Below, one piece after another: positions 28,180-37,955 of a DNA stretch of 64,000 nt (positions are counted from its first letter, which is position 1; every line of letters starts with the position of its first letter). The position numbers were made by a program, and so were the translations under genes. Location: IMG/VR virus record IMGVR_UViG_3300020442_000005, positions 124,001 to 188,000 of that record. The stretch is one strand, 5' to 3'. Under the pieces are notes generated by a model, which saw nothing but the letters and a program-made list of their open reading frames with translations, ran no database searches and was not told where the DNA came from.

Positions 28180-31100
28180 AAATACATCAAGCCCAACACG
28201 CGACTCTACTGGAAAAGTTAAAATGCCAGGCGCAGATTTAAATCCCGAAAGAAAGCGTACCATTGGCGATTACCTAAAAAACCTAACTGCAGGTACTCCA
28301 GATCCAGAAAAGCCTAATTCGCAAACTATCGATACAAGTTTTAAAAACAATTTTCCTATCGATAACAATGCACAAACTCAAGAGGTTGATGCGGCGTTTG
28401 TTGATAACCTTCCAAATCAATCAAAATTTTTTGATAACTTATCTAATGAGGCAACTACTATTTACAACGATATTAGTTCCGGAGCGTTTTTTGATATCGA
28501 TCCAAACACGGGCGGAAACCAATTAGAAACAATTGCAGGTGAAATCGGCACAGATGGCATTGATCAACAAGGATTAAAAAATGACCAGGTTTTTGGACAC
28601 GAAATAGCAAAAGACCGCGTTGTGCGCACAATCTCTCAGCAGGTATCTAAGGTACTAACCAATAATAGATTTTCGCCTAGATTTTCTATCGAAGGCGAAC
28701 AAAGTGGCGCCGACCGCGATTTCGACCGAAACGTTGGAAGATTCAGAAGCACAGCGACAAACGAGACTCTCGAGGGATTTGAAGAAAGAAACGAAGAAAT
28801 AAAAGAGCAGGTGTATTTTTCAAACAGCAACATCGGTGGTATAGCAAGAAACTCAGACTCGCCACTAGACAACAGGGAACGTCTACAAAGACTTGGAGCA
28901 GAGGCTGTTATTGCAGCAAGTGGCTATGTCGGCAATCCTCCAGAGCCAGGTGCAAAACTTGATGCAGATGACAACGAAATTAGTACAGGGTTGCCGGGTA
29001 TATGGGCATCTACATTTGCCGCCTTTGACTTAGGGTCGCTTACTATTGAAAATGTTGGTGGTACTGGTTATGGTCTGAAAGCTGGTGTTAATGACGGTTT
29101 GACAGACGGAACAAGAAGAATTTCAGAACGATCTACAAACCCAACTAGAGAATGGCTCGAGCGACGCCGAGATCCAGACCGCAAGCCAGCAATAAATCTT
29201 GAGTATATTGATAGCCAAGGCAGACCTAGCCAAGCAGTTGATCAAGAACAGGGTAGTCTAGAAAACCATTCTTATACCGTTATGAACTCTATGATTGCTC
29301 AATTTATACAAAAGGGATTATTTTCAAATCCTCAATATATAAATAGTCTGACTTTTGCCGCGGCTATATTTGTCGAAAACTTACTACTTGCAGCAGTGTT
29401 CGATGCTTTATTGGCAGCTGAGTTTGCCGCACAAAGGGATCAAAGAAGAAATCTTAAAGCCCAATATAACAAAGACACACCGTTGTTGTCAAAAGGTAAA
29501 GCGCGAGGAAACGCTGTTGATCTCACCGAATTTCTTGGCGATGGTGCGCAAAAAACCGGCGATATATTGGAGCTTCTTGGGATTCCTAACGTACAAGATT
29601 TATTATCTGGTCCACGTTTGGTTGAATTTGTAATGAATTTTATGGGCATAAACAAACCAATACAGACAAAAACAAATTTCACAGTAAAAGACTTTAAGGT
29701 CGGGGATATAGTATCTTTTGTTCCATCATATCTCATTGGTTCTTTGCAGACAACTATTTCTGCTCTTAAAGATCCAATGTCTGCTGGGTTCTTTTTTAAT
29801 CTTTATCGACAGATAGCTCGAAAATCTGCCCTTTCTGCAGCTCCTGATCCAACCGGAGAAGGTGAACTAGCGTTCATAGAGTATTTTATGGAACTACGGC
29901 ACCAAGCTAACTTTAGGTTTTTTATTACTATGGTGAATCTTGGCGATAATGCAATTGGTCAGTTTACTATGAAAATGCAGCACTCCGGTGGACCTGCAAT
30001 ATTCAACAAAACTCGTGCTGAGTGGGGTGGTCTTTCGATGAATCCTGGCTCTGTGCGCTTTTCTCCATCCATGTTTTTGATTCCAAAGTCTTTTCGAAAT
30101 TTCCGAAAGCAAATTGGCGAGCCAGACGTGTTTATATCGGGCGTGTCCGAGACTGCAGCCGGTGGAGCAGATCAATTTCAAGGAGCAGATAGAAAACTAA
30201 CCAACGCACAAGCCGCACAAGTGGAGGCAGTGCTCGAGCAAGAATATATGCCGTTCTACATTAAAGATATGCGCACAAATGAAATTATCTCATTTCATGC
30301 GTTTCTTGATACATTAAGTGACGGCTTCACCGCGACTTACGGTTCTACCACCGGCCTAGGAAGAATCGAGCCGGTAAAAACATATGAGTCATCATCTAGA
30401 TCGATTGGTGTTTCTTTCACAATGATTGCGTTTTCTAAAGAAGATATGGATATGCTTTACTGGAAATTAAACAAGCTTGTTACTCTTATGTATCCACAGT
30501 TTTCCAAGGGTACCCAACTTATTAACGGTGAAGATAAATTTTATATGCCGTTTTCACAGATACAAACAGCGTCTCCAATGGTAAGAATGAGGATAGGTGA
30601 TATTCTTACTAACAACTATTCTAACGCCTCTGCGGCTAGATTGATAGGCGTTGGATTTGATGATGGGTTTGATATAAACGCAGATTCTAGTGCAGAAGCT
30701 GTAAAGACCAAACAAATCGATCCGACTTGGAGAGATACGTTGACCCCAACAGATGATGGTGGGTTTTCTAGACCAATGACTCTTTCCTTTCAAACAAACG
30801 CAGCTGTGTTATCCCAGGGAGATATTATAGAAATAAGCCCAGGTCGGATTTCTAGTTTTGGTAAAATCGCTACACCCGGAACAAAAGTTATTCCACCCAC
30901 GATAAAAAAGACAAAGCATATTATCGGCGTCCCGGCAAAACCTCAGTTTTTAAACCAGGAAGTCTTTACAACACGCTCGACAATTAGAGAAGATCGTGAA
31001 GAGGAAACTATAACAGATACTATCGTAACCGGTGATACATTTAAAATTATTGGATTCGAAGCCTCTGAAAAATGGCAAGAATCCGGAAAAATAAAAGTAA

Positions 31101-31654
31101 GTGGAGTACGTGTTTGGGTAGTCAAAGAAAGTATTGGTAATAGGATTTCATTCATGACCCTGAAGCAGGGTATTAACGATATGGGAGTATCGCGCAATAC
31201 TGGTACCACCAGTTCCATGGAGCTTCCTGATACAGAAGAAAGGCAAGCGACTAAAGAAAAATTACTAAAACCATCTAAAAATGCCCCCGGGGGGATATGT
31301 TTTGCCATAAGATTGTCTGAAATTGAAAAAATAGTAACAGCATCACCCGATGCACCGTTTGAAAAACTTGATTTTATAAAAGGCAACACTGTAACGCGTG
31401 CATTCCATAACAATTCTGGTGAAGGTATGGCCGGATTTATCGATAATCTGCAGATTGATTGGCAGTTAGGCACGTATAACTGGGATATTACTCCTGGATC
31501 ACGCGCGCCTATGGGATGCAAAATTACACTTGGTTTTAATCCAATACACGATATTACTCCTGGTATTGATGCTGATGGATTCAATCGTGCACCGGTATAT
31601 AAAGTAGGTAATCTTTCTCGATCTGTCCATGACGGCGGATTATTAGACGAATAA
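28169..31654 (+). CDS. Baseplate tube-initiator-like protein (gp48/gp54-type domain) with a long N-terminal extension
   Basis: Motifs PFYIKDMRTNEIISFHAFL...GRIEPVKTY...RSIGVSF...KLNKL...YP, SPMVRMRIGD and APMGCKITLGFNPIHD. Confidence 0.65.
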   Translation: MANKNTSSPTRDSTGKVKMPGADLNPERKRTIGDYLKNLTAGTPDPEKPNSQTIDTSFKNNFPIDNNAQTQEVDAAFVDNLPNQSKFFDNLSNEATTIYNDISSGAFFDIDPNTGGNQLETIAGEIGTDGIDQQGLKNDQVFGHEIAKDRVVRTISQQVSKVLTNNRFSPRFSIEGEQSGADRDFDRNVGRFRSTATNETLEGFEERNEEIKEQVYFSNSNIGGIARNSDSPLDNRERLQRLGAEAVIAASGYVGNPPEPGAKLDADDNEISTGLPGIWASTFAAFDLGSLTIENVGGTGYGLKAGVNDGLTDGTRRISERSTNPTREWLERRRDPDRKPAINLEYIDSQGRPSQAVDQEQGSLENHSYTVMNSMIAQFIQKGLFSNPQYINSLTFAAAIFVENLLLAAVFDALLAAEFAAQRDQRRNLKAQYNKDTPLLSKGKARGNAVDLTEFLGDGAQKTGDILELLGIPNVQDLLSGPRLVEFVMNFMGINKPIQTKTNFTVKDFKVGDIVSFVPSYLIGSLQTTISALKDPMSAGFFFNLYRQIARKSALSAAPDPTGEGELAFIEYFMELRHQANFRFFITMVNLGDNAIGQFTMKMQHSGGPAIFNKTRAEWGGLSMNPGSVRFSPSMFLIPKSFRNFRKQIGEPDVFISGVSETAAGGADQFQGADRKLTNAQAAQVEAVLEQEYMPFYIKDMRTNEIISFHAFLDTLSDGFTATYGSTTGLGRIEPVKTYESSSRSIGVSFTMIAFSKEDMDMLYWKLNKLVTLMYPQFSKGTQLINGEDKFYMPFSQIQTASPMVRMRIGDILTNNYSNASAARLIGVGFDDGFDINADSSAEAVKTKQIDPTWRDTLTPTDDGGFSRPMTLSFQTNAAVLSQGDIIEISPGRISSFGKIATPGTKVIPPTIKKTKHIIGVPAKPQFLNQEVFTTRSTIREDREEETITDTIVTGDTFKIIGFEASEKWQESGKIKVSGVRVWVVKESIGNRISFMTLKQGINDMGVSRNTGTTSSMELPDTEERQATKEKLLKPSKNAPGGICFAIRLSEIEKIVTASPDAPFEKLDFIKGNTVTRAFHNNSGEGMAGFIDNLQIDWQLGTYNWDITPGSRAPMGCKITLGFNPIHDITPGIDADGFNRAPVYKVGNLSRSVHDGGLLDE

Positions 31655-31667
31655 CTAGAGTTGTAAA

Positions 31668-31952
31668 ATGAGATATAGAAACGATAGAACAATCAAAGGC
31701 GGAAGCACAAAAGAGACAAACAAGGCCGCAATAAGACTTCGTCGTGCTTTTGATGAAGGCAGAATTTCAGTTCGGGTTATTGTCATTGGAAGTTCATTAC
31801 GGCTTGATCAAGTTGCTTTTCAATACATGGGTGAGCCTAGTTTATGGTGGGCAATAGCAGCATTGTCTGATATAGGTTGGGGAATGCAATTGCCAGAGGG
31901 GACAAGACTAGTTGTGCCGACTAATCTACAGCAAATCGAGGAGTTGTTTTAA
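31668..31952 (+). CDS. LysM-like baseplate wedge protein (gp53/tail X-like)
   Basis: Motif RLDQVAFQYMGEPSLWWAIA...LPEGTRLVVP. Confidence 0.8.
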   Translation: MRYRNDRTIKGGSTKETNKAAIRLRRAFDEGRISVRVIVIGSSLRLDQVAFQYMGEPSLWWAIAALSDIGWGMQLPEGTRLVVPTNLQQIEELF

Positions 31953-34939
31953 TGGCAAACAACAGAGATAAATTGATAGGCTTGATGAATAAAATTAGAA
32001 AATATCACGATCTGAATGATCGATCAAACATTCATAAGCTTATCATTGGAGAAGAAAATCTTCCGGACGATGATGCTCTTGAAGACATTGATCTTATTTA
32101 CGATAATATAGTTCAGCGTTCAGATGCTTTGTTGCCGTGGGCAAGTTATGCCAAAGAAGATGGTACAGCAGTTTCTGGTTATGCAATTAATTTAAATGAA
32201 AACTTACCTGACGACACGCCCGACCATATAAAAAATGCGTTTAAATATTGCGGCAATTGGACCGGTGATCGAGTAAAGCATGCAGATGTACCAAAGCTTT
32301 TAAATGGTGGGTTTTTATATAACAAGGCAGTAAGTTTACATTCAATTATTTATGGAGTGCATACTCCTGATGATCTTGAGAAAGATCAGATAGACTGCAA
32401 GGGACCAATTAGTAAGACAAACCCAGTCGTTAACATTGTAGAGGCTAAAGCAGAGTGGTTGCAACCAGGTGTAACCGACACGAATCTTGTCAAGTTTTTT
32501 GCGCAAGGTATACCATCAGTAGAAATGTCGCAAGCCGTACCGTATTTTGATTTAAAGATTATTGATATCACAAAAGACTCGGTCATTACCAGAGGCAACC
32601 AATCTTTTGCTGGCGAAGGAATGTCCGTGGTTAAATTCATTAAAGGGTTTGGCGCTATAAATAATGTTGATAAAAAGCTGCTAGAAGCTCAGTTACCGGT
32701 TGATGAAAACAAAAACCGAAATGAAAAAACTAAAGAAAATGACCCCTCGTTTACCCCATCTGTTGCGGGAATGGAACTGTTTTGCCTTCCACAGACATAT
32801 CAAGGCCCATCGGCTAGATATATTGACTCAAATCAAGCTGGACTTAGAGATCCAAACAGAAAAAATTCAATAATCGATCCTTTTCGGCCGTTGATGACGG
32901 TTCAAAGTTTTACCTACAATGTAGACACCACATATGTAACAATGCCAACAATTAGAGGATCGCTTCAAATCGTATTGCATGATCGATCCAGACTGCATGA
33001 AATAGCACCGTTGATTCGGCCAGACGCTAATGGCGATCAAGAATTTTTAATAGAATTTGGTTGGTCACACCCAAATAAAGATAGCGTATACGGACAGTTT
33101 TTAAATGCGTGTCGACAAACTAGAAAATTTATTGCATATTCATCATCTTATACCTTTGACACAAATGGTCATGTCAACATAGATCTCAAATTGATATCTA
33201 AGGGAGGAACAACTTTCGCAAACGAATTAGCATCTGCAGCACCGGGTAGCGGTGCGGTTGATATTTACAGAGAACTTGAATCATCAATTAAGGTTTTAAG
33301 AGAAAGATTAGCGAAGATAGAAAATAGAGACACCTTAGAAAGTTTAAATCAAAGATTTGCATTAGGAAAGTTTACTCAAGCCGGCGATACGGTAACCATA
33401 AGTCAAAAAGATTTGGATACTATTCAAGCAAGTATTACAAAATATAAAGCTGCAGCCCCAAATGCAAGTGAGGCGCTATCAGACGTCCTTACTGCTATTG
33501 ACGAAGCAACCAAAAAAGTCGAAAGCTATCGCGACAAAGTGGATGAAGCATTTGAAGATTTCAAAACACTAGTAAATGCAAAAATTACTAAGAGCTATGA
33601 TAAAGATTTTAAAAAAGGTTCCAGAGACGCACATGATCCATGGGCTGAATGTTGGCCAGAAGTTCTAAAAGATATCGGCGATGCAAAAGGCACTGCCAAA
33701 GTTGCCGGCTTCTCTACTGACGATCACATAAGTGTTGGTCGACTTTTGTCAATTGTATGTCTGCCCGTGTTAATGAAACAAAAAAAATGGGAGGCTATCG
33801 ATTTTGTTTATTATCCCTGCAATAAAGATTCCTATGGTTTCAGCAAATTTCCAACAATTGCATCCTTACCGGTAAAAAAAGCCGAGTTTTTAAAGCAATT
33901 TAAGCTATATAGGCAGACAACTGCAGCAAACCCACCGTTGTTGTCTGTAGTGAGCTTTATTTTAAAATTTGTTGTCGATTACAAAGCCAACGATAGCGGC
34001 TGGGGATTAGGAGGAGCGTTGTCTGCGACCGTTGATAAAAACGGAAAAGTAAGAACAAAATACGGAGGTAACGACAAAAAAGTATATACTGACAGAATGA
34101 CCGCAGCAGCCATGGCACTGTATGGTGAACCAAGAAAAGTAAAAGCTCCATCGTTCAAACTTGACGTGGAAACGGTTGCGTTTAAAGGTGATGAGACAAA
34201 ATCAATTCTTCGCATATCAATAACCGATGCGGCAAAAGACTGTTATAGAACATATACTGACTTAGTTAGGTCAATAACTAGTGACAGCGTAGGAATCATA
34301 TCCGCAGCTATCAAAGAATCAGAGAGTGAGGCTGGGAGAAGCCCTACAGAGATAACTGCCGTCAAAAACGCAATTGATAAGCTAGATAGTTTACAATTTA
34401 TTAAAAAAATTGAAAAAGTCAGTACTGCGACCGATGCCAACGCTTTGCTACTTAATGGAGACAGGTATGTTGTTACAGCCGGCGCTGGGCAGGTAAAACA
34501 TTTTCTTTCAACCATTATGCCGACATTTAAATTTGGTACTGAGTTTTCAATTATCAAATCAGTAGCCGTTTCATCAAATACCGATGCCGCATTAGGAATG
34601 ATTAACTTAAAACGCAGCATACAAGATGCTGATCGTCCCGAAGGAACAGATGGTGAAGGTGATGTGATATTTGAAGTGCTACCTAGCACCTTAGGTTTAC
34701 AGACAATTGGCTGTCCGTTCTATCGCCACATGCAGCAATATTTTTTCGACTACCAAACAAATACAACCATTGACAATGTATACATCGTTACAGGAGTTGA
34801 ACACAGTCTGTCACCGGGAAGCTATGAGTCGAGTTTAAAGCTAGCCAAAGTAGACTTTTATGGTACTTTCGAAAATCTTGCCACCAAGCTATCTGATTTG
34901 CAGCATGCCGCGCAAGCAGCAATAGATGCGAATAAATAA
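31952..34939 (+). CDS. Baseplate hub protein (gp27/GpD-like), large
   Basis: Follows the LysM gene; IEFGWS motif; C-terminal IGCPF...YIVTGVEHSLSPGSYESSLKL. Confidence 0.6.
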   Translation: MANNRDKLIGLMNKIRKYHDLNDRSNIHKLIIGEENLPDDDALEDIDLIYDNIVQRSDALLPWASYAKEDGTAVSGYAINLNENLPDDTPDHIKNAFKYCGNWTGDRVKHADVPKLLNGGFLYNKAVSLHSIIYGVHTPDDLEKDQIDCKGPISKTNPVVNIVEAKAEWLQPGVTDTNLVKFFAQGIPSVEMSQAVPYFDLKIIDITKDSVITRGNQSFAGEGMSVVKFIKGFGAINNVDKKLLEAQLPVDENKNRNEKTKENDPSFTPSVAGMELFCLPQTYQGPSARYIDSNQAGLRDPNRKNSIIDPFRPLMTVQSFTYNVDTTYVTMPTIRGSLQIVLHDRSRLHEIAPLIRPDANGDQEFLIEFGWSHPNKDSVYGQFLNACRQTRKFIAYSSSYTFDTNGHVNIDLKLISKGGTTFANELASAAPGSGAVDIYRELESSIKVLRERLAKIENRDTLESLNQRFALGKFTQAGDTVTISQKDLDTIQASITKYKAAAPNASEALSDVLTAIDEATKKVESYRDKVDEAFEDFKTLVNAKITKSYDKDFKKGSRDAHDPWAECWPEVLKDIGDAKGTAKVAGFSTDDHISVGRLLSIVCLPVLMKQKKWEAIDFVYYPCNKDSYGFSKFPTIASLPVKKAEFLKQFKLYRQTTAANPPLLSVVSFILKFVVDYKANDSGWGLGGALSATVDKNGKVRTKYGGNDKKVYTDRMTAAAMALYGEPRKVKAPSFKLDVETVAFKGDETKSILRISITDAAKDCYRTYTDLVRSITSDSVGIISAAIKESESEAGRSPTEITAVKNAIDKLDSLQFIKKIEKVSTATDANALLLNGDRYVVTAGAGQVKHFLSTIMPTFKFGTEFSIIKSVAVSSNTDAALGMINLKRSIQDADRPEGTDGEGDVIFEVLPSTLGLQTIGCPFYRHMQQYFFDYQTNTTIDNVYIVTGVEHSLSPGSYESSLKLAKVDFYGTFENLATKLSDLQHAAQAAIDANK

Positions 34940-34940
34940 A

Positions 34941-34969
34941 TTATAAAAAGCGCCTGAGCGGCATATTAT
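34941..34969 (+). promoter_or_regulatory. Sigma70-like promoter TTATAA-N17-TATTAT (the transcript may be leaderless)
   Basis: The -10 box ends 6 nt before ATG 34976, and there is no SD. Confidence 0.6.
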
Positions 34970-34975
34970 TACTAC

Positions 34976-36028
34976 ATGATAGTATTTACAAACAAATTAT
35001 TTGGGACAGCAAATCACTTGATATATCGCGATGGTTACGAGTGGATTGATGATATCCCCACCGGCGCATTCGTTTATGACGGTATGCATAAATATTCAGT
35101 TTCAGAGTGGTTTAGTATCACAGGTAGCGCAGTGCCACTACTGGTCGACGAAAAATATAAAAAAATGGCTGATGAGCTAAATTTAGAAAACCCATGTTGG
35201 CATAAACTTTTAGGCAACGCATTTAAGAACAGTTTAAAATCAGTATCTGAATCAACAGCTAGAATGATTGAAAATTGTAGTTATAAAGATTATGAACAAA
35301 CTTGGCGTGAGTGTCAAGATTTCATGTGGTCTATGAAGCCCGTAAAAATAAACAGGGCAAGATACGCATCATTAAAAGCGTTAAACGTTAACTTACCAGG
35401 ATTCAATCCTGTCACCGGTTCTCTTGATCCTGTACTGTATGACAGAAAAACAAAGACTGGACGTCTAAGAGTAATCCAGGGTCCTTCGGTTTTAACAATA
35501 AAGTCTGAACATCGAAACATAATAAAAGGATGTCGGCAGATAGATTTTAAAAACATGGAACCGCGATTGTTGTTGGCTTTTCTAGGTAAAGAGATAGAGG
35601 GTGACCTGTACAGCAAAATACAAAAGGATCTGAACCTGAAAGGTGATCGATCGTATGTAAAAGTATCAATTATTTCTTCTTTATATGGTTCTCGTGTAGT
35701 ACCTGAAATATCAAAATATTTTGCTATACCATTTTGGATAGAAGAGCTTGAAAAAGATATAAACGACGGTTGGATAAGAAATTACTTTGGTCGACCCATC
35801 AATGTCGAGAATGTAACTGGCCATCATCTTTTAGCTCTTTGGTTACAATCTTCGGCCGCTGACGCAGCACTATTAGCGTTCAGTAAATTTTTCAAATCAC
35901 GTCCGGACTTAACTCCCCATTGGCTTATTCACGATGCATGTATATTTAGTGGCGATGGCGATATACCAGAATACTTATATATAAACGACGATATAAAACT
36001 ACCAATTGATTGTACGGTGATAAAATGA
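34976..36028 (+). CDS. Minimal family A DNA polymerase-like protein
   Basis: TKTGRL, motif A IDFKNMEPR, motif B RSYVKVSIISSLYG, LQSSAAD and motif C IHDA; only 350 aa. Confidence 0.75.
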   Translation: MIVFTNKLFGTANHLIYRDGYEWIDDIPTGAFVYDGMHKYSVSEWFSITGSAVPLLVDEKYKKMADELNLENPCWHKLLGNAFKNSLKSVSESTARMIENCSYKDYEQTWRECQDFMWSMKPVKINRARYASLKALNVNLPGFNPVTGSLDPVLYDRKTKTGRLRVIQGPSVLTIKSEHRNIIKGCRQIDFKNMEPRLLLAFLGKEIEGDLYSKIQKDLNLKGDRSYVKVSIISSLYGSRVVPEISKYFAIPFWIEELEKDINDGWIRNYFGRPINVENVTGHHLLALWLQSSAADAALLAFSKFFKSRPDLTPHWLIHDACIFSGDGDIPEYLYINDDIKLPIDCTVIK

Positions 36029-36579
36029 CACTTCTTGATTTACTAGTTGAAAAAAGTTCAAAGAAAAAAGACGGCTATCGAGTTGTCCCGGGCCCGGCAA
36101 GGGCACTATTAGCAGGTCGGCCAAGTAAAAACATTAAAGATTTAAAGTTGCGTGTTGCATCAGACCCAAGTGGACTGCTAGACGATTTAGGAATCGAACC
36201 CAACTCTATAAGTGAAAACGACGATTCAATTTTATTTTTACATGAAGCGTTTGAGCAAATGATATCAAATGCGACCGGTAACGAAAAAGCACGGCTACTG
36301 CAAGATTTATTTGATCAGCCGGAATTAGTTCAGTCTCGGCTTACGGGAAGAAAAGCAATTTTAATAAAGTTATCGGGTGAAGGCATCAGGTTAGCGCAAG
36401 CTGATGCACGTCGTTTTTTGCGGACATACGCCTTCTGGTTTTCTTCTACGACAGAAGCACTTCAAATTACAAATAGCCAGCTAAATCTTAATCTTACTGT
36501 TAACGTAAAATTCCAATACATAGAGGGCGAAAACGCTATCTTAGTATTTAAATCACGAAGAGCGTGGACCAGCTTGTAA
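36025..36579 (+). CDS. Hypothetical late protein (MTLLDLLVE...)
   Basis: Start reassigned to the ATGA overlap at 36025; late-type motif at 35971. Confidence 0.55.
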   Translation: MTLLDLLVEKSSKKKDGYRVVPGPARALLAGRPSKNIKDLKLRVASDPSGLLDDLGIEPNSISENDDSILFLHEAFEQMISNATGNEKARLLQDLFDQPELVQSRLTGRKAILIKLSGEGIRLAQADARRFLRTYAFWFSSTTEALQITNSQLNLNLTVNVKFQYIEGENAILVFKSRRAWTSL

Positions 36580-36602
36580 ATAATATTACGTCGGGATATA
36601 AT
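36574..36602 (+). promoter_or_regulatory. Sigma70-like promoter TTGTAA-N17-TATAAT
   Basis: 17-bp spacing; upstream of SD AAGGAGGT. Confidence 0.75.
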
Positions 36603-36623
36603 ACAAATACATAAGGAGGTATT

Positions 36624-37160
36624 ATGTCTGATATTGAAATATTACAAAAAAACTACGAAACATTTACAACAGTACTACAAAAACTTGAGAACAAAGGCTT
36701 GATCGATTTTGTTGAAGAACTTGGCGATGACTTGGTCATGTCTCCGGCTGCAGCCCAAAAAGATGAATATGGATGTTTTTCCGGCGGCATCATCGATATG
36801 GCGCTTAAACTTTCGCAAAGTATGCGAAAATTAGATATGGTTGCCGGATACAATGCCAATGTTGAAAGCATTTATAAAGTTGCGTTTTTGAGAGCAATTG
36901 CAGAGTGTGGCGATTCAAAAGAAAGAATGTTTGAACCACATGACTCAGATTGGCATATTGAGAAACTTGGTCTTTTATATAAAAGAAACCCAAAGTTGAA
37001 CGGTACAACGTGGACAACAAGAGCAATTGAAATTGCAACAGTCAAACAAATCAACCTAAATAGTGAAGAAGTTATGGCACTACTAACGGCTGCCAATGAG
37101 CATCCATACAATGATTTGGCAAGATTATTAAAATCTGCAAATACTTTACTGGTTAAGTAG
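36624..37160 (+). CDS. Degenerate HD-domain-like protein
   Basis: SPAAA...GCFSGGIID and DSDWHIEKLG..Y..NP resemble phage HD hydrolases, but the HD dyad position reads LRAIAE. Confidence 0.5.
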   Translation: MSDIEILQKNYETFTTVLQKLENKGLIDFVEELGDDLVMSPAAAQKDEYGCFSGGIIDMALKLSQSMRKLDMVAGYNANVESIYKVAFLRAIAECGDSKERMFEPHDSDWHIEKLGLLYKRNPKLNGTTWTTRAIEIATVKQINLNSEEVMALLTAANEHPYNDLARLLKSANTLLVK

Positions 37161-37204
37161 CATAATTATAACTGATAAACTGTAGTAAGATCAAGGAGAA
37201 ACTA

Positions 37205-37546
37205 ATGTTGCTAACAGAATCCAGTTTAAGAAGAATCATTCGCCGTGCATTGATTGAAGCCAAAGATCAAAACTCCGATGGAAAAAACGATTTTAGAGAC
37301 GTCAAGATTGCTCGAATGAAAGCATCAGGAATGTCACAAAAACAAATCAAGGCAAAGCATGCTGATTTGTATGAAGACGAAGAAGAAGTCGATTTAGAAG
37401 ACGATGCTTTATTAGTTGAACCGGACATGACATCTGAAGATGAGCGTAATCAAGAGGTTGATGAAATGTCAACGTTGGCTGGTGGTGCAATCAGAGGTTT
37501 TCAAGCTCCTCTTGGTTACGACAACAAAAAAATGAAAGGTTATTAG
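37205..37546 (+). CDS. Leader-family variant (MLLTESSLRRIIRRALIEA), acidic, with a DxNxDG loop
   Basis: Late-type motif at 37162; SD AAGGAG; contains DQNSDGKNDFRD. Confidence 0.65.
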   Translation: MLLTESSLRRIIRRALIEAKDQNSDGKNDFRDVKIARMKASGMSQKQIKAKHADLYEDEEEVDLEDDALLVEPDMTSEDERNQEVDEMSTLAGGAIRGFQAPLGYDNKKMKGY

Positions 37547-37629
37547 TTTACAAAAATTTAAAAGACTGATAATTTTTAATACGTCAATAAAGACGTAACA
37601 CACAACTCATTACACACAGGAGAAAAACA

Positions 37630-37857
37630 ATGAGTAACAATCCATATTCATTACGCGCGGGCTTACTGAAACAAGCTGAGGGTATTCTTATGCAAAGATG
37701 GCAGACTGAAAACGACAGAGTTCGTGAATCTTTGCATTTAAAGAGAGATGCAGATCCATCTTTCAATATTGACACAGTTACTTTCCCCAAGTTTCCAACA
37801 ACTGATGAAATTATTGCAGAGGCAGAAAAGCTATATAGTTTTGTCCAAAAGAAATAA
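37630..37857 (+). CDS. Small conserved-type phage protein (NPYSLR...FPTTDEIIAEAEKLYSFV)
   Basis: SD AGGAG; possible promoter TTTACA-N17-TAATTT at 37547-37575. Confidence 0.7.
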   Translation: MSNNPYSLRAGLLKQAEGILMQRWQTENDRVRESLHLKRDADPSFNIDTVTFPKFPTTDEIIAEAEKLYSFVQKK

Positions 37858-37861
37858 ATGT

Positions 37862-37890
37862 TTGTACATTTTGATTAATCGATGTAGATT
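37862..37890 (+). promoter_or_regulatory. Promoter TTGTAC-N17-TAGATT
   Basis: 17-bp spacing; upstream of the gp32-like gene. Confidence 0.6.
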
Positions 37891-37955
37891 AACAGTGTTG
37901 GCAACCTGCCGACAAAAATCAATAATAAAACATTTAAACATTTGGAGTAATAATC

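Noticed and set aside
30943-31692. 249-aa minus-strand ORF
   Set aside because: It lies antisense to a motif-bearing baseplate gene and has no recognisable motif. It is a shadow ORF, like all the minus-strand ORFs examined.
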